A stretch of 45,698 nt of DNA, filler included, from Catajapyx aquilonaris (Eukaryota): the NCBI GenBank assembly GCA_000934665.2. It is 2 parts of 2 records of this genome, joined end to end, with 100 filler letters (N's around TTAATTAATTAA, not from the genome) between each part and the next. Parts side by side here need not be neighbours in the genome. Positions count along the whole stretch, not along the records: positions 22,890 to 45,698 come from JYFJ02005810.1; 1 more part is not named here. One strand, given 5' to 3'. Positions within the stretch are counted from its first letter, which is position 1, and each line of letters opens with the position of its first letter. Positions 35,101-45,698 of the stretch are shown in pieces. Position numbers and translations under genes: made by a program. Under the pieces are notes generated by a model. That model made no database searches. It was not told the DNA's origin and saw nothing but the letters and a program-made list of their open reading frames with translations.

Positions 35101-38100
35101 AGTTGAACATGATGTCGTGGGCAGTATGTCTCGATTAATGTCCAACACGGTACAGCCCACTCATAAAGAATGGAACGACTGTATGGACGACGTGTCTATT
35201 ATGACTATCCAGCATTATTCCCAACCTGATTTGGTCGCGACACTATGGATAACTTGTCCTAGATCTCTTGCGACCCATATGGTCCCCTCCCGGTTTTTTC
35301 CGAAAATTTTTTATTACCAAAATGTTCAACCTGGTACAATGCTTACATAGAATTCAGATGAATTTCCCCCCTTAAATTTGCTTACTTTGCCTTTTTCTTT
35401 TCTTCTCTTTTTCTCTTGATTTTAATTGCCTTTTCCCAGCCTTCCTCATGACCCCTAAAAACATGCTGGTGACCCAAGGGTTGGGAGCAGAATAAACATT
35501 TTGTCCATATAGAGTCGTACCACTCTTTATGAACTGTACTGTACAAGGAGACTATATTGAAAAATGGCACTATCGTTTTATTTCCATCACCCCTGGAACA
35601 TAGCCAGGACAGAAACTTTTGGCGCCTACCTCATACTGTTTGTAATGTAAATAGTCCAGGAAAGATACGGTTTGGGGTCAAAAAAATTGCAATAGAATTG
35701 AATTTTTCACCATCGTGTTCAGAAAAATGAGGAGAACAACATATCCAAAATTCAACGCAATCTGAGCACGGGAAACCGCCGCCATATTGGAAAAATGGCG
35801 GCGAAAATGGGTTTTTCGCATTTACCTCGTATATGGCTGCATGTATGTGAATATATGTAGATAACAAAGTGAAAGACTGCACTGTTTTACACATATTCGA
35901 TCCCTATAATTTTCTTGTAGAGGCTATCGTTACAAAGATACCGCCTATTACATTGACACCATAGTCCAGGAGAGATAAGGAATCCCAAAGAAGTGCAACA
36001 AAAATTATTTTTTCATCATCGTGTTCGAAAAAGGAAATGTGCCGAATGCCATATCCAAAAGCTCACACGAATTAGTGCTAGGAAAACCGCCGCCATCTTG
36101 AAAAATGGCGGCTAAAGTCGGTTTTCTATATTTATCTCGTAATTCAATTGGAAGTGCAATGTACCCTGTAGTTAACAAATATGAAATGCTTTTAAACGCA
36201 TTTTAATTAGAAATGACATGTACATTGTAGCTTAATCATTTTAAGATTGGAACAACTATGTTAAATTACAAAATAGTAGATATTTAGTGAAAAAGCATAA
36301 ATATAATTAAACAAAAGTGCAAATAAGCGTTGATTACATTGCGGTTTCTGAACTTACCTGCTATTTATTTTATGGCAGTTCTAGTTCGTCACAATCTTCT
36401 TCACCAATGTATAGTTTATTTTGACATCCATCTTCATAACAGTGGGCACAAGCAATATTGTACACTCTAAACCATTCTTCCTGCAGCTGCAACGCATAGT
36501 ACCACATGATTTCACACAACTGCAGTGGATTACAGACAGCAATGATGGTGGGGCAGGAGGTAGATCAGTCGTAACTGGATAATACTAATTTTTTTCTCAG
36601 TTCCCATCCCCAGTCACCTGGATTCAAAGCCTCTTCTTCCATCTTCCATGCACATATCTGATAATAGACACACAAAGCGTGGTACTTCGTGGCAGATGCT
36701 GTGGGAGGTAGTCTTTCAGGTGCAACAAAGCATTTGGATGCAATAATTTTCGCTGTTAACATACGTTGACGCAGATGGGTCAGTGTCTCACCCTGTTCAG
36801 CACCAAAAAACATGACCATGGCATTTTCTCCTGCCAAAGCTATGTCTGGACTAGTTTGGTTTGCAGAAGAGAATTGATCTGCGACAACGGCGAAATTTTT
36901 GTCAGTTATTAGTTTGTTGAAGGCCTTTTGTTTTCCTATACCAAAAATTCTTGATGTACTATCGCAGCCAGTAAAGGCATGCACGAAAAGCAGTCTTCTA
37001 CAAACGTCAAATCCAAGTCTTTGTTTTATATCATGAATATCAAATGTTGATCTGGTATGCCTCGGTCGGTCAATATCACTGCGGTAGTATACAAAAGGAA
37101 CTGGTTTGGTTTAGAGTGGAACAACAGTACGGTATAGGATAAGGACATCGGTACCTGCTCCTATTACAGTACCATTATACGTTTCACTTAGCAGTACGCA
37201 GGCAGTTTTGGCAATCTCCGTGTCAGCATCCCCATTTGCATGAATAACAGTGATCCCTTTTCTCTGAAGATGTCTGCCTATGAGAATTAGCATCCTCTGC
37301 TTGTTGCTGTTATTGGATAAGAATTGGTCCTTCTTTCCTGTGAATTTCGTTTCTGGCAAAAAATTAACAGTAAGACTGATGTTTGTGCCTCCTCTGCATG
37401 CGTTGGTGAGTATTGTCCTTTATAGACGGGCATCCTTCATAGCCATCAAAAATGATGCAGCAATTGCCGTATTTTCTATGAGCAAAATCGGCATATGAAG
37501 TAGCAATATCTGCATAGGTTGTTTCATTACACCATTGGATACGGCGAAGAAATGAGCCTCCATCAAGTAGATACAGGTGTGGGCCATCAGGAAGCTTGTC
37601 TTCCAAAGTTTGCACCCCGACGTGCTGCGATATAGCATGTGCCAAAGGAGATTTGTCTGCCTTTCGAAGCATCGTCCCTGATTCAAATAAGGAAGGGGGA
37701 TATGCCGTATAGGGCAGTTACATAGGGTCTGTATAATCGGCGGTATCTTTGTAGCGATAACTCCTACAAGAAAATGATAGGGGTAGAATATGTGTAAAAC
37801 AGTGCAGTCTTTCACTTTGTTATCTACATACATTCACATACATGCAGCCATATACGAGATAAATTCAAAAAACCTATTTTCGCCGCCATTTTTCCAATAT
37901 GGCGGCGGTTTCCCGTGCTCCGATTGCGTTGAATTTTGGATATGTTGTTCTCCTCATTTTTCTGAACACGATGGTGAAAAATTCAATTCTATTGCAATTT
38001 CTTTGGGGTTAGGGCTATTTTTTTTCGTATCTTTCCTGGACTAAAATTGTGGAAGGTATTTATGAAATCAGTATTAACTTTTCTCACCAGTGTGGTGTAA

Positions 38101-40434
38101 TTGCTCCTGTCTAATTTTGACATTCATCTTCTCTGCAGCTTTGTTTGATAATGTGGTGACATTCCGCATTCCGGACTCTGTGATTGATTTGCCTGCTTTT
38201 GATATGGGGCACAGTGGTGATATCTACTTTGAGTTTAAGACCACAACACACAATGCAGTTTTGATGCACAGCATAGGGCCAACAGATTACATCAAAGTTT
38301 CTATAATTGGTGAGTAAGGGGATTTCCATTTTCAGGCAAATGACAGGATGAAACATGTTGATGTGCTTATAGGTGGAGACCAAATTCAATTTCAATATCA
38401 GGCAGGGAGTGGACCACTAGGAGTCTCAGTGGAAACATCCTATAAGCTGAATGACAACAACTGGCATTCTGTTATGGTAGAGAGAAACAGGTAGGTACAT
38501 AATGCATGCTCCTAATGGTTGGTAACTCATTTGGGTGTTAAATAAAAACAGGAAAGAAGCCCGGATTGTCTTAGATGGTGCACTCAAGGCTGAGGTGCGG
38601 GAACCCCCAGGTCCTGTCAGAGCACTGTACTTGAGATACCCTTTTGTTGTTGGTGAGTGTGAGGTTAAATTTGGCTGGCAACAAACAATTACTGACTGTT
38701 GTTCTTTTTGAGCTACCAAAGATTAAAACATTCCCTACAATTGCTATTTGCAGGAGCAACCATCGAGGGTCGGGATGGTTATGTGGGGTGCATTCGGTCC
38801 CTAATGCTGAATGGTGTGATGATGGATTTGAAGAGAGAGGCACAGAGAGGACTGTATGGTAAGAGAAAGAAGGCGTATTTTGGAAATTCAAGTGAAGAGG
38901 GTGATAGATAAAAGATTGGCAAATCACATGAGCGTGATTAGAGTAGACTTTTCCACATTTACTGCTATTGTCCCCAACATCCGTCACTGGACTGGAGGGG
39001 GGATTGGGTGATCTGGGGAGAAGGGGCGGTCAGAGGGAGGGGGTGGCGGGGGGAGGGGGCAGCCAGGGGGCTCGAAAAAAGTCTTATAGCGCGACTCTGT
39101 CTGATACCTGTCCACAGACAGACAGACCGAGCCGTTCTATGATACTTTTTTTCTTTGAAAAAGTCTAATACTGTACATGTAAGAGGGCATGCTTTTAACA
39201 CTATGTAACACTTTTTGTCCATGGGAATTCATTGCTATTTCCTTAGTAACTCGTAACTCATAATGACCATTCATTGTGACCTTTGTTTTTGACCTCAGGG
39301 CAGTCAAAAAACCAAATGGCTCTAAATACAGGGTGTTCATGAAAAACGCCGACAAACCTATACCACCCCCTACCTAGGCACCAGAGGATCACATTATGTA
39401 GAGGAGTGATTATGCCTGGACCGCCTCATTACTGAGATAATAGACCTATTACTGTAGGACCCGTATCAAGGCATCGTTAGGGGGTATCCATGTGAAAATC
39501 AAAAATGTGCTGCAGAGAAATTTGCCAATAGCGATTATTCTAGCTCCTCCAGAACGGCGATGCGATTTTTTCCTAATCACCCCTTCTGACTGGGGGAGGG
39601 TTCGTTGGGTGGCCTAACTTCCAGGATATTTTATATTGCCTGCTTAAAGGCAATTTACGCGGTAATGAGGTGGCCCAGGCATAATCACTCCTCTACATAA
39701 TGTGATCCTCTGGTGCCTAGGTAGGGGGTGGTATAGGTTTGTCGGTGTTTTTCATGAACACCCTGTATAGGGGTCATTCCGAATCAAGTGGCCCGAAATG
39801 TTGTAGACCATCCGGGATTTTGGTGAAAATAATCTCAGCTGTACATACATATGCCGTAACACTGCATATCCAGTTTCAGACATATTGCGAAATGTCATGG
39901 GGAGGGGCCGGGGCTCTCCTGAAATTTTCAAAAGGGCTGGAGAATATTATTTCCATTAGTGGAAGTGGTCAAAAAGCAATAAACATATACAGTAAAACTT
40001 CCCTAAGTGGAAGTTTTCTATAAGTCGAAGAAAATGATGAGCTTGGTTGGTCACAATGTAAAATAATAGAAAATAAACTTCCCTAACTCGAATTTCTATA
40101 ACTCGAAGTTCTCCATAACACGAATTGCAGGCAGGGCCTTACGATGGGATATCAATGCATTTTCAGTCTCCCTAAGTCCAAGTTCATGTTGGCGGGTACG
40201 GAACATTTTCTCATTTCCCAGCCGAGAGTAGGCCACATGGACAGAAAGGCTCAATTGTAATGTATTGGAACACAATCTAATGAAACAATGCATTTCTTTC
40301 AGGTGTTGGTGTTGGCTGCCTAGGAAAATGTGACAGTTCTCCTTGTCTTAACAATGGAACATGCACTGAAGGATATGACAAGTACACGTGTGACTGTAGG
40401 TGGAGTGCTTTTAAGGGCCCAATCTGTGCTGATG
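24913..40434 (+). CDS. Nrx-IV: Neurexin IV (Caspr family), 11 internal coding exons: EGF, fibrinogen-like, laminin G, EGF; partial at both ends
   Basis: Exons 24913-25072, 25132-25257, 29692-29780, 29852-29966, 30028-30186, 31996-32142, 38139-38309, 38373-38490, 38552-38652, 38754-38858, 40303-40434; all GT..AG, phases consistent, no stops. Peptides DACQMVDRCNPNPCEHGG, DVDGSGPLQAFPVTCEFY, FRPFSWWVSRHNQKMDYWGGSLPGSRKCECG, FDMGHSGDIYFEF, QYQAGSGPLGV, EVREPPGPVRAL, CDCRWSAFKGPICAD match Drosophila Nrx-IV as I recall it. Confidence 0.95.
25414..25741. mobile_element. MITE with about 105-bp inverted arms
   Basis: AAAATACTATGGTTTGGACACTCACCCTCTTA... pairs with ...TAAGAGGATGAGTGTCCAGACCTTAGTATTTT. 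Confidence 0.7.
26076..26122. repeat. (TGA)n microsatellite
   Basis: Direct reading; source of the poly-His ORF on the minus strand. Confidence 0.95.
26578..27174. mobile_element. pogo/Tigger-type MITE; partial inverted copy at about 39990-40257
   Basis: CAGTAAAACTTCTAT...ATAGAAGTTTTACTG|TA with repeated TTCGAGTTA motifs; about 26885-27174 is reverse-complementary to about 39990-40257. Confidence 0.72.
27321..28625 (-). mobile_element. Full-length degenerate mariner transposon (1305 bp), transposase pseudogene on the minus strand
   Basis: 32-bp TIRs (CGAGGGGCGGTCATAAAGTTCTTACAATCACC, 2 mismatches) with TA on both sides; fragments KEIHAELVDVYG, KVSARWVP, LVTMDKCSVYHYD, GKVMRSVFWDCEGV, HPPNSADLAPRDFFLFPRLK; several stops and frameshifts. 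Confidence 0.93.
28871..29067. mobile_element. Short palindromic MITE, PIF/Harbinger-like ends
   Basis: GCGTTCAGACGAGGC...GCCTGGTCTGAACGC; inner CAACGTGGCTGCAACCTG pairs with CAGGTTGCAGCCACGTTG. Confidence 0.6.
29357..29596. repeat. Inverted repeat with about 95-bp arms, MITE-like
   Basis: AAGCAATTTGAGATGGGAAACCCATGGCCGGAAAC pairs with GTTTCCAGCCATGGGTGTCCTATCTCATATTGCTT. Confidence 0.6.
30345..30910. mobile_element. Palindromic Tc1/mariner-type MITE
   Basis: TA|CAGGGT...ACCCTG|TA with long inverted arms (TAATAGAGGGGACCAAGACAA / TTGTCTTGGTCCCCTCTATTA). Confidence 0.8.
32247..32730. mobile_element. MITE with CCCT...AGGG ends (piggyBac-like, TTAA sites decayed)
   Basis: CCCTCGGACAGTGAC pairs with GTCACCGTCCGAGGG; inner GGCACTTTTTGTGACC pairs with GGTCACAAAAAGTGCC. 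Confidence 0.6.
33084..34341. mobile_element. 1.26-kb near-perfect palindromic Tc1-type MITE
   Basis: TA|CAGTGCAGGACACATTAGCC...GGCTAATGTGTCCTGCACTG|TA; arms about 600 bp around a short spacer near 33695-33740. Confidence 0.9.
34403..35005. mobile_element. 603-bp palindromic MITE
   Basis: TA|CAGGGTGTACCAGAGTCATGG...CCATGACTCTGATACACCCTG|TA; symmetry centre near 34697. Confidence 0.88.
35652..38043 (-). mobile_element. TIR DNA element (about 300-bp TIRs) with a decayed PIN/XPG-FEN1-like nuclease + CXC (tesmin-like) coding remnant
   Basis: TAGTCCAGGAAAGATACG...CGTATCTTTCCTGGACTA. Minus-strand fragments in order: LLDGGSFL, IIFDGY..SIKD, GDADTEIA..GTDVLIL, HAFTGCDSTSRIFGIGK, LPPT..WGW, HCSCVKSCGTMRCSCRKNGLEC. 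Confidence 0.8.
39329..39765. mobile_element. MITE with about 105-bp TIRs and TA TSD
   Basis: TA|CAGGGTGTTCATGAAAAACGCCGACAAACC...GGTTTGTCGGTGTTTTTCATGAACACCCTG|TA. Confidence 0.87.
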
Positions 40435-40669
40435 GTAAGTATCAGAAAGCTGAGACAGGAGTAATATACAGGGTCATCGAAAAAGAACGTCCCAATTTTA
40501 AAACCCTATAACTCGTAAAACTTGTACATATTTAGGGGTCGTGCAAATACCACGTGACCGATTTTAGACCACTATTTGATTTCCCTTCCCCATGATCAAC
40601 TGTGGTATCCATTGGAAACCCCCCCACTCCCCCACCCCGGTTTTTTTATGTGGTTTTTTTAAATGTCAA

Positions 40670-40895
40670 TGTTATCAGAAAAAACGCAATCGAAAATGAT
40701 AGCTCCTCAACTAAACCGTTAAGGCACGTAAAAAACATGGCTCCCCATGGTTTTGGTGTCGCTGATTTCGAATTTCTGGTTATTTTGAACCTGGACATAC
40801 AGGGTGCACCAAAAAGTCGCAATGGAATTGAGGAACTTCTAGAATAAACGCTATAGGTAGAGGAAAATAACATTTCCTAATGCTATCGCGGTCAC
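40670..40895. repeat. Dispersed repeat; inverted copy at about 31070-31295
   Basis: GATAGCTCCTCAACTAAACCGT...CATACAGGGTGCACCAAAAA is reverse-complementary to about 31150-31270. Confidence 0.65.
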
Positions 40896-41983
40896 TGATT
40901 TTCATTTTCAGGTCATTTTGAACCAATACCTACAGGGTGTACCAAAAACAGTCAAATTTAGTCTCAAAACTGGTCTCGCGTGGGTTGACGCATTATTGCA
41001 TAACACCGTCCAGGTCCAATATTATCAAAATAATACAGTAGGTACCTGTTTTACACCCCTCCATTTTACGCCGTTCTACATTAACGCCGGTTTGAAAATG
41101 ACATCATAAAATTTTTAAATTGAAAAATTGTGATAACGTGGAAATTATGATAGCTTGCTGGTTGTGAAGTGGCCAAGAAGGATTTCCCATGCGGGAAGTA
41201 CCCGTTTTACGCCGTTTCGCATTAACCCCGGTTTTAAAATTACATATTTGAAAATTTTGTATCAGATTTTTTTTTAAAAAAATAATTTGATGATAACACA
41301 ATCTGAACATGAAGGCATCACTTCAACACTTCTGATGAGACCAAACACACGAACGTATCTACCTGCTCTTCTTTCCTTTTGTATTTCCTGGTGCCTTGTG
41401 GCAGGTTCTATCGATATGCACTGTACAGTACTGCATTGTTCGGTATTGTTGATCTCGGCACTCCCCGAAGTACTCCAACCGTTAATTGTTACAATACCCT
41501 ACGTGTCAAGGGGGTAATCACTCGACTGAAAAGTGTACACTGGAGTGCCAAATTCAAGGAGTACCACGGAGTAATAAAGAGTGAGGTGCCTGAGGAGTAC
41601 CAGGGAGTACCACTCGCAGGTGTACACCGGAGTACCGAAGTAATTACCCCCTTGCTACGTGCACTGCAATAATAATTATTCTTGCCAACCTGCCCGTTGT
41701 TCTATTATTGTTTTCATTGTTGAATAATTATGCAATGTTGATTATTGTAGAACGTGAGTGAGAGAGGCAGATCCATCATTTGGGCTTGTTGACAGCCAGG
41801 GTTGCTAGGCAATTGCTTAATCTGCTGAAAACCCCCCCTTAGACTCAAAAAAGTTCGGGTTTGGGACTTTTCTCGGGGTCAGTGATATGTAAGAAATTTG
41901 AGCGCTCTCTGTACCCGGGAAGTGGCTTAATTAGGCGTGACATACATTAATTCATACATATGTACAAATATTGAGCTTTATAT

Positions 41984-42328
41984 TTATTATTATTTTTTTT
42001 TTTAATTTTATTGTACCCCGTTGGGAGTTGATTTCCATTAGGGGGGTGGAATTACCACCATTTGGGTGGAACTGGTGTACTGTGTGATAGTACTTAGTGT
42101 GTTCCAAGGGTAGGTAGGAGGGGATGTGCAAAGTGCGTGTGCACAGACGTTGTATTTGCCGTTTTGTGAACTCCCCCGGGTGGCTTATGTGCAAGGATCG
42201 CCACCCGAAACGAAGCCAGAGACGGTCTCACTCTGCACGAAAGAAGGTGGGACCCCGGGTGGGGATTGAACCCGGGACCTTAACTTCCGTGGGCGCACGC
42301 GTTACCACGGCGCCACTCCGTCTCCCTA
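41984..42328 (-). mobile_element. tRNA-derived SINE with A-rich tail and 14-bp TSD
   Basis: Minus strand: box A TGGCGCCGTGG, box B GGTTCAATCCC, about 250-nt body, AATAAA then A-rich tail; ATTGAGCTTTATAT at 41970-41983 and 42329-42342. Confidence 0.88.
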
Positions 42329-43136
42329 ATTGAGCTTTATATATATGGGGATTGAAAGATAAATTCACTTTGTATGCGATACTTTCTTTCGGATATTTCC
42401 CTTATTTCTTACCATTTTCCGTTTCTCCCTTTTACCAAAATTTCCCTTAATCTACCACCGCTGCTTTCCGTAGCCACCAAAAGACTGCTCCCTGCACCCT
42501 ATCACTTCGGACGTGGCCCCCTGTGTTTAACCGTTTTACCTCAGAGGAAAAGCACGGACATTTTTGGTTCATCACCAGTGGGTGAGAACTGGGAAGGGGG
42601 TCTGCATACCACCCTCCGCCCGGATGCTCAAACCATACCCGTTCCACCCTTGGACCTTGAACTCCCCTACCCATAAACCAGTCTAATTTGATCCCTGTCT
42701 GGAGCGACTCTGTGAAGTGGGCAATTATGCCCAAAAATAACACAGGAACACAAATTAATTTTGGTAGCAGACTAACATTTAGCAGCACGAAACTTAGCGG
42801 AAGCTAATCAGGCCACTAACTGTTTGAAAAGTTAGCGAAAGCACTAAACAGCTAACCAAAAAGTTAGTTCCATGATTAGCGGATTAGCGACGCTAATGCC
42901 CACCACTGAAGAAAACCTATGTGAACATAGTACTCCGGACGTTAAGGTATTCAACCGTGCATTTGGTGAAAAACTTAACGTCCGGACTATAGGGAGAATT
43001 CTTTCCACACAATGGGCGACACGGTGGTGTAGTGGTTAACCCTGGAACCGTGACATGGGGTATTTTAGGACCCCAAAGGAATTAAAATGCATTAAAATTA
43101 CAATTTCAATTAACTGTTTGCAATTTTTTTAAAGTA

Positions 43137-43642
43137 CCGTATTTACTCGCATATAAGACGCACTTTTTTTCTGATTTTTGTAGCTCAAAAAGTAGGGTGC
43201 GTCTTATACGGCAGGGCACAACGGGTGAAACTCGTGAGAAATCGTGAAAATCGTTTATTGAAAAATTTAAGCTTGTCTGTTTGATGTCCTGTCAGCACAG
43301 TTGATCACTTTCCTCTTGAAATCGGCACGGTATACGACCTGCGTTTCTCCTTCACTTCCATTGATATGCTCTCCCCGTCCCCACACGTGCACAATTCCGG
43401 TGTGACCTTGCCACCTATACGTTTCAGATGCGTAGCATTGTCCCAATTTCCACTTCCCCCCCCACCCCCCCCCCNATTCTAATGGATTCCGCACGCACAT
43501 GCATTGCGAGGCCAGTTCCCAAACTACGGCATTAAATCTGGGTGCGTCTTATATGAGTCAACAACCGATTTTCCACGATTTTTCGCCTCAAAACTGGGGT
43601 GCGTCTTATACGCGTGTGCGTCTTATATGCGAGTAAATATGG
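43137..43642. mobile_element. Tc2/pogo-type MITE
   Basis: TA|CCGTATTTACTCGCATATAAGACGCAC...GTGCGTCTTATATGCGAGTAAATATGG|TA; internal GGTGCGTCTTATA repeats. Confidence 0.85.
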
Positions 43643-43744
43643 TATATAACAGGAATTGCATGTTTATTTTGAATTAGCGAACATTTTAGGCATTGGTCAA
43701 AGAATGATTGCATATCCCTATTAATATAACGCTGAAGTAGTCAA

Positions 43745-43972
43745 CTGCTGGAGGCTGTAAAGTCATTGTATGAAGAGAGTAGAGCTTGTGTTAGAACTAG
43801 TGGGGGTTTCTCTGACTGGTTTAACATTAGTGTTGGGGTTAAACAGGGTTGTGTCATGTCTCCCTGGTTATTTAGCTTGTACTTAGATGCATGTGTAAGG
43901 GAAGCTATGGTTGAAGGTGTAGGAGTGCAGTTTGGTGAGGAGATAGTTAGTCACTTGCTGTATGCAGATGAG
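43745..43972 (+). mobile_element. Truncated non-LTR (RTE-like) reverse transcriptase fragment
   Basis: LLEAVKSLYEESRACVR..SDWF..GVKQGCVMSPWLFSLYLD..LLYADE. Confidence 0.85.
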
Positions 43973-44587
43973 CAATTCCACGAAAAAGTAAACACCTGTG
44001 ACAAAAATTGAAAATTACTTAGGGGCATTGAGTGATACATCGTTGGAATCAGAAAGAACTAAATTTTCGGAATCTGAAATTAATTTTGACATGGAACCTG
44101 AACTGGTAAAATTAATCGCACTTGAATGTGTGACATTCTGAATGTGAAGTTATGCATGAAATCACGTGAATTTTGACAGGCTTAAATGGGACCTTTCAAA
44201 AATATTATTTTCTTCACTTCTCTTTGTACGGGGCTCAAGTTGGGGATAATATGACCGCGATCCATGGCGGATAAGGATCACAGTTATTCAACATTAATTG
44301 GTTGACCTTCGCATCAGAAGTGGACTGCTCGGTGTGTGGGGTGCAACGAAATAGATATAAAAGTTTATGCCATTGAGTGGGTTTTAGGGCAGGGGTGCTA
44401 GTTTTCAATATTCATTGACTGGACATGGTGAGAAATGTCTCATGTGAATTGGAAGCCATAGCATGCCACTGTTTCCTGCCAGTATTGAGAAGAAAGTTGT
44501 TATAGGGTGCAACGTTGCACCCCTCACGTGGCACGGGTATGGGGTGCAACATATGCTGGTTTCCCATTTAAATGAAATAGAGTGGTA

Positions 44588-44814
44588 CAGAGGCAGACGA
44601 GCCAGGTTGAGGTTATGGGCTTCAACTTGGCGCCTGTTTAACGTATGATAAACCATGTGAAGTGATCAAAATGTGTGTATTTAATTCCACTTTATGGTAA
44701 AGCACTTAAAATTGTAAATTTTAGCTAAGTGAGAGGTTGACATGAGAAGAACCATTTATTTTAATCAGGCACCAGGTTGAAGTCTGCAACCTCAACCTGG
44801 CTTGTCCTCCTCTG
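44588..44814. mobile_element. Small MITE with TA TSD
   Basis: TA|CAGAGGCAGACGAGCCAGGTTGAGGTT...AACCTCAACCTGGCTTGTCCTCCTCTG|TA. Confidence 0.65.
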
Positions 44815-44913
44815 TACATATTGGTATATAATGCTGAAAATATATTGTCTGTACATCTAGACAGCAATATTATATACTGTATGCATGGGTTAGGGGATTT
44901 TGTGCACCTCAAT

Positions 44914-45402
44914 CAGTGATGGGCAATAAATACTTGAATGTAATTAAATACTAAATACTAAACACTGCATAAAAATGTAATTAAAGGCTAAATGCTAAAT
45001 ACTGCATAAGAAAGTAATTACATACATGTACTAAATACTAAATACATCAAAAGTATTGACATACTTTTGGAAATGCATTTCAAATACATTTTTTGGTTAA
45101 TGTGCGGCTAATTTCTTACCATCATTCTTTGGATAAAGATAAGAAAACATAACAGATTTCTACCTTTATATCAATTCTTTCATTAGGTTTCAGAATTATA
45201 TATGCCAATATAAATTAAAAGGGAGTCAGGGAAAGTATTTATAATATGTATTTAAATACTTCTGTATTTAAATACTCAGAAATGTATTGAATTACGGTAT
45301 TTAAATACAGGAGAACCAATGTAGTTATAAATACATATCGGTGAGAACCAACAAACCAAAAATTATTTAAATACATTTGTATTTAAATACTGCCCGTCTC
45401 TG
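44914..45402. mobile_element. hAT-type MITE with perfect 8-bp TSD
   Basis: CAGTGATGGGCA...TGCCCGTCTCTG flanked by ACCTCAAT at 44906-44913 and 45403-45410; many subterminal AAATAC/GTATTT repeats. Confidence 0.88.
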
Positions 45403-45698
45403 ACCTCAATGTATTGCATATACAGATGAATAACATGTCCATTATTGCAGTGTATGTGGTATTTTGTGCAGTTCTCTATGTCCAAATTCGCACGTGATGG
45501 GGTGCAACGTTTCTCATGTTTGGGGTGCAACGACTTTGGCTGACTGTCATGTAATGGCCATTGGTCATAAGAGCAAAATGCATTCATAGAAAGGTAGCCT
45601 GAAAGGGACACTCCACTCAAAATACAAGTTGGATTCTAAAAATCGGGCAGAAAATCCTGATTCCGAGGGTATAAGCAGTTTTCCTGAGAGACGAACGG

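Larger units (their letters stand above)
33077..35633. mobile_element. Non-autonomous mariner-like element (about 0.7 kb net) carrying two nested MITEs
   Basis: Removing 33084-34341 and one TA restores the left TIR CGAGGTAGGTGTCAAAAGTTTC..CCTGGCTATGTTCCAGG, matching the right TIR CCTGGAACATAGCCAGG..GAAACTTTTGGCGCCTACCTCA|TA. Confidence 0.78.

Noticed and set aside
35631..38044. Duplicated small ORF MCKTVQSFTLL at 35631-35894 and 37790-38044
   Set aside because: Chance translation of the two TIRs.
38995..39070. G-quadruplex-like G-rich tract in an Nrx-IV intron
   Set aside because: Lies in a probable repeat remnant next to GACA repeats; no evidence of function from sequence alone.
42245..42328. 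Possible tRNA gene
   Set aside because: Has A and B boxes but no convincing cloverleaf, and continues into a body with an A-tail and TSD, so it is a SINE head.

Overview
Repeat-rich animal genomic DNA, most likely arthropod (inferred from a divergent ionotropic receptor and an arthropod-type Neurexin IV). An artificial 100-bp spacer at 22790-22889 (44 N + TTAATTAATTAA + 44 N) splits the window, so the halves may not be truly adjacent. LEFT HALF: an intronless divergent ionotropic receptor, then two tandem copies (offset about 10.2 kb) of a block with a decayed, intron-containing 3' fragment of an SK (KCNN) channel gene on the minus strand, head-to-head with a plus-strand gene. The ORF track shows that gene as separate ankyrin, kinase and TPR ORFs, but canonical phase-compatible splice sites join them into one predicted 4-exon, 875-aa protein: ankyrin repeats, a PERK-like eIF2-alpha-family kinase with no signal peptide or membrane anchor, and seven 42-aa TPR repeats with a conserved scaffold and hypervariable helix positions. 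Copy 2 keeps the same splice sites but has two in-frame TAG stops, and its TPR exon is not in the contig. This possible receptor-like eIF2-alpha kinase family is the main candidate for an undescribed system; its function is inference only. RIGHT HALF: 11 internal exons of Neurexin IV, with introns either about 60-100 nt or packed with transposons (a degenerate mariner, nested palindromic MITEs, a TIR element with a PIN/XPG-like nuclease plus CXC remnant, a tRNA-derived SINE, hAT/pogo-type MITEs and an RTE-like LINE fragment). All family calls come from motifs recognised by eye; no searches were run.
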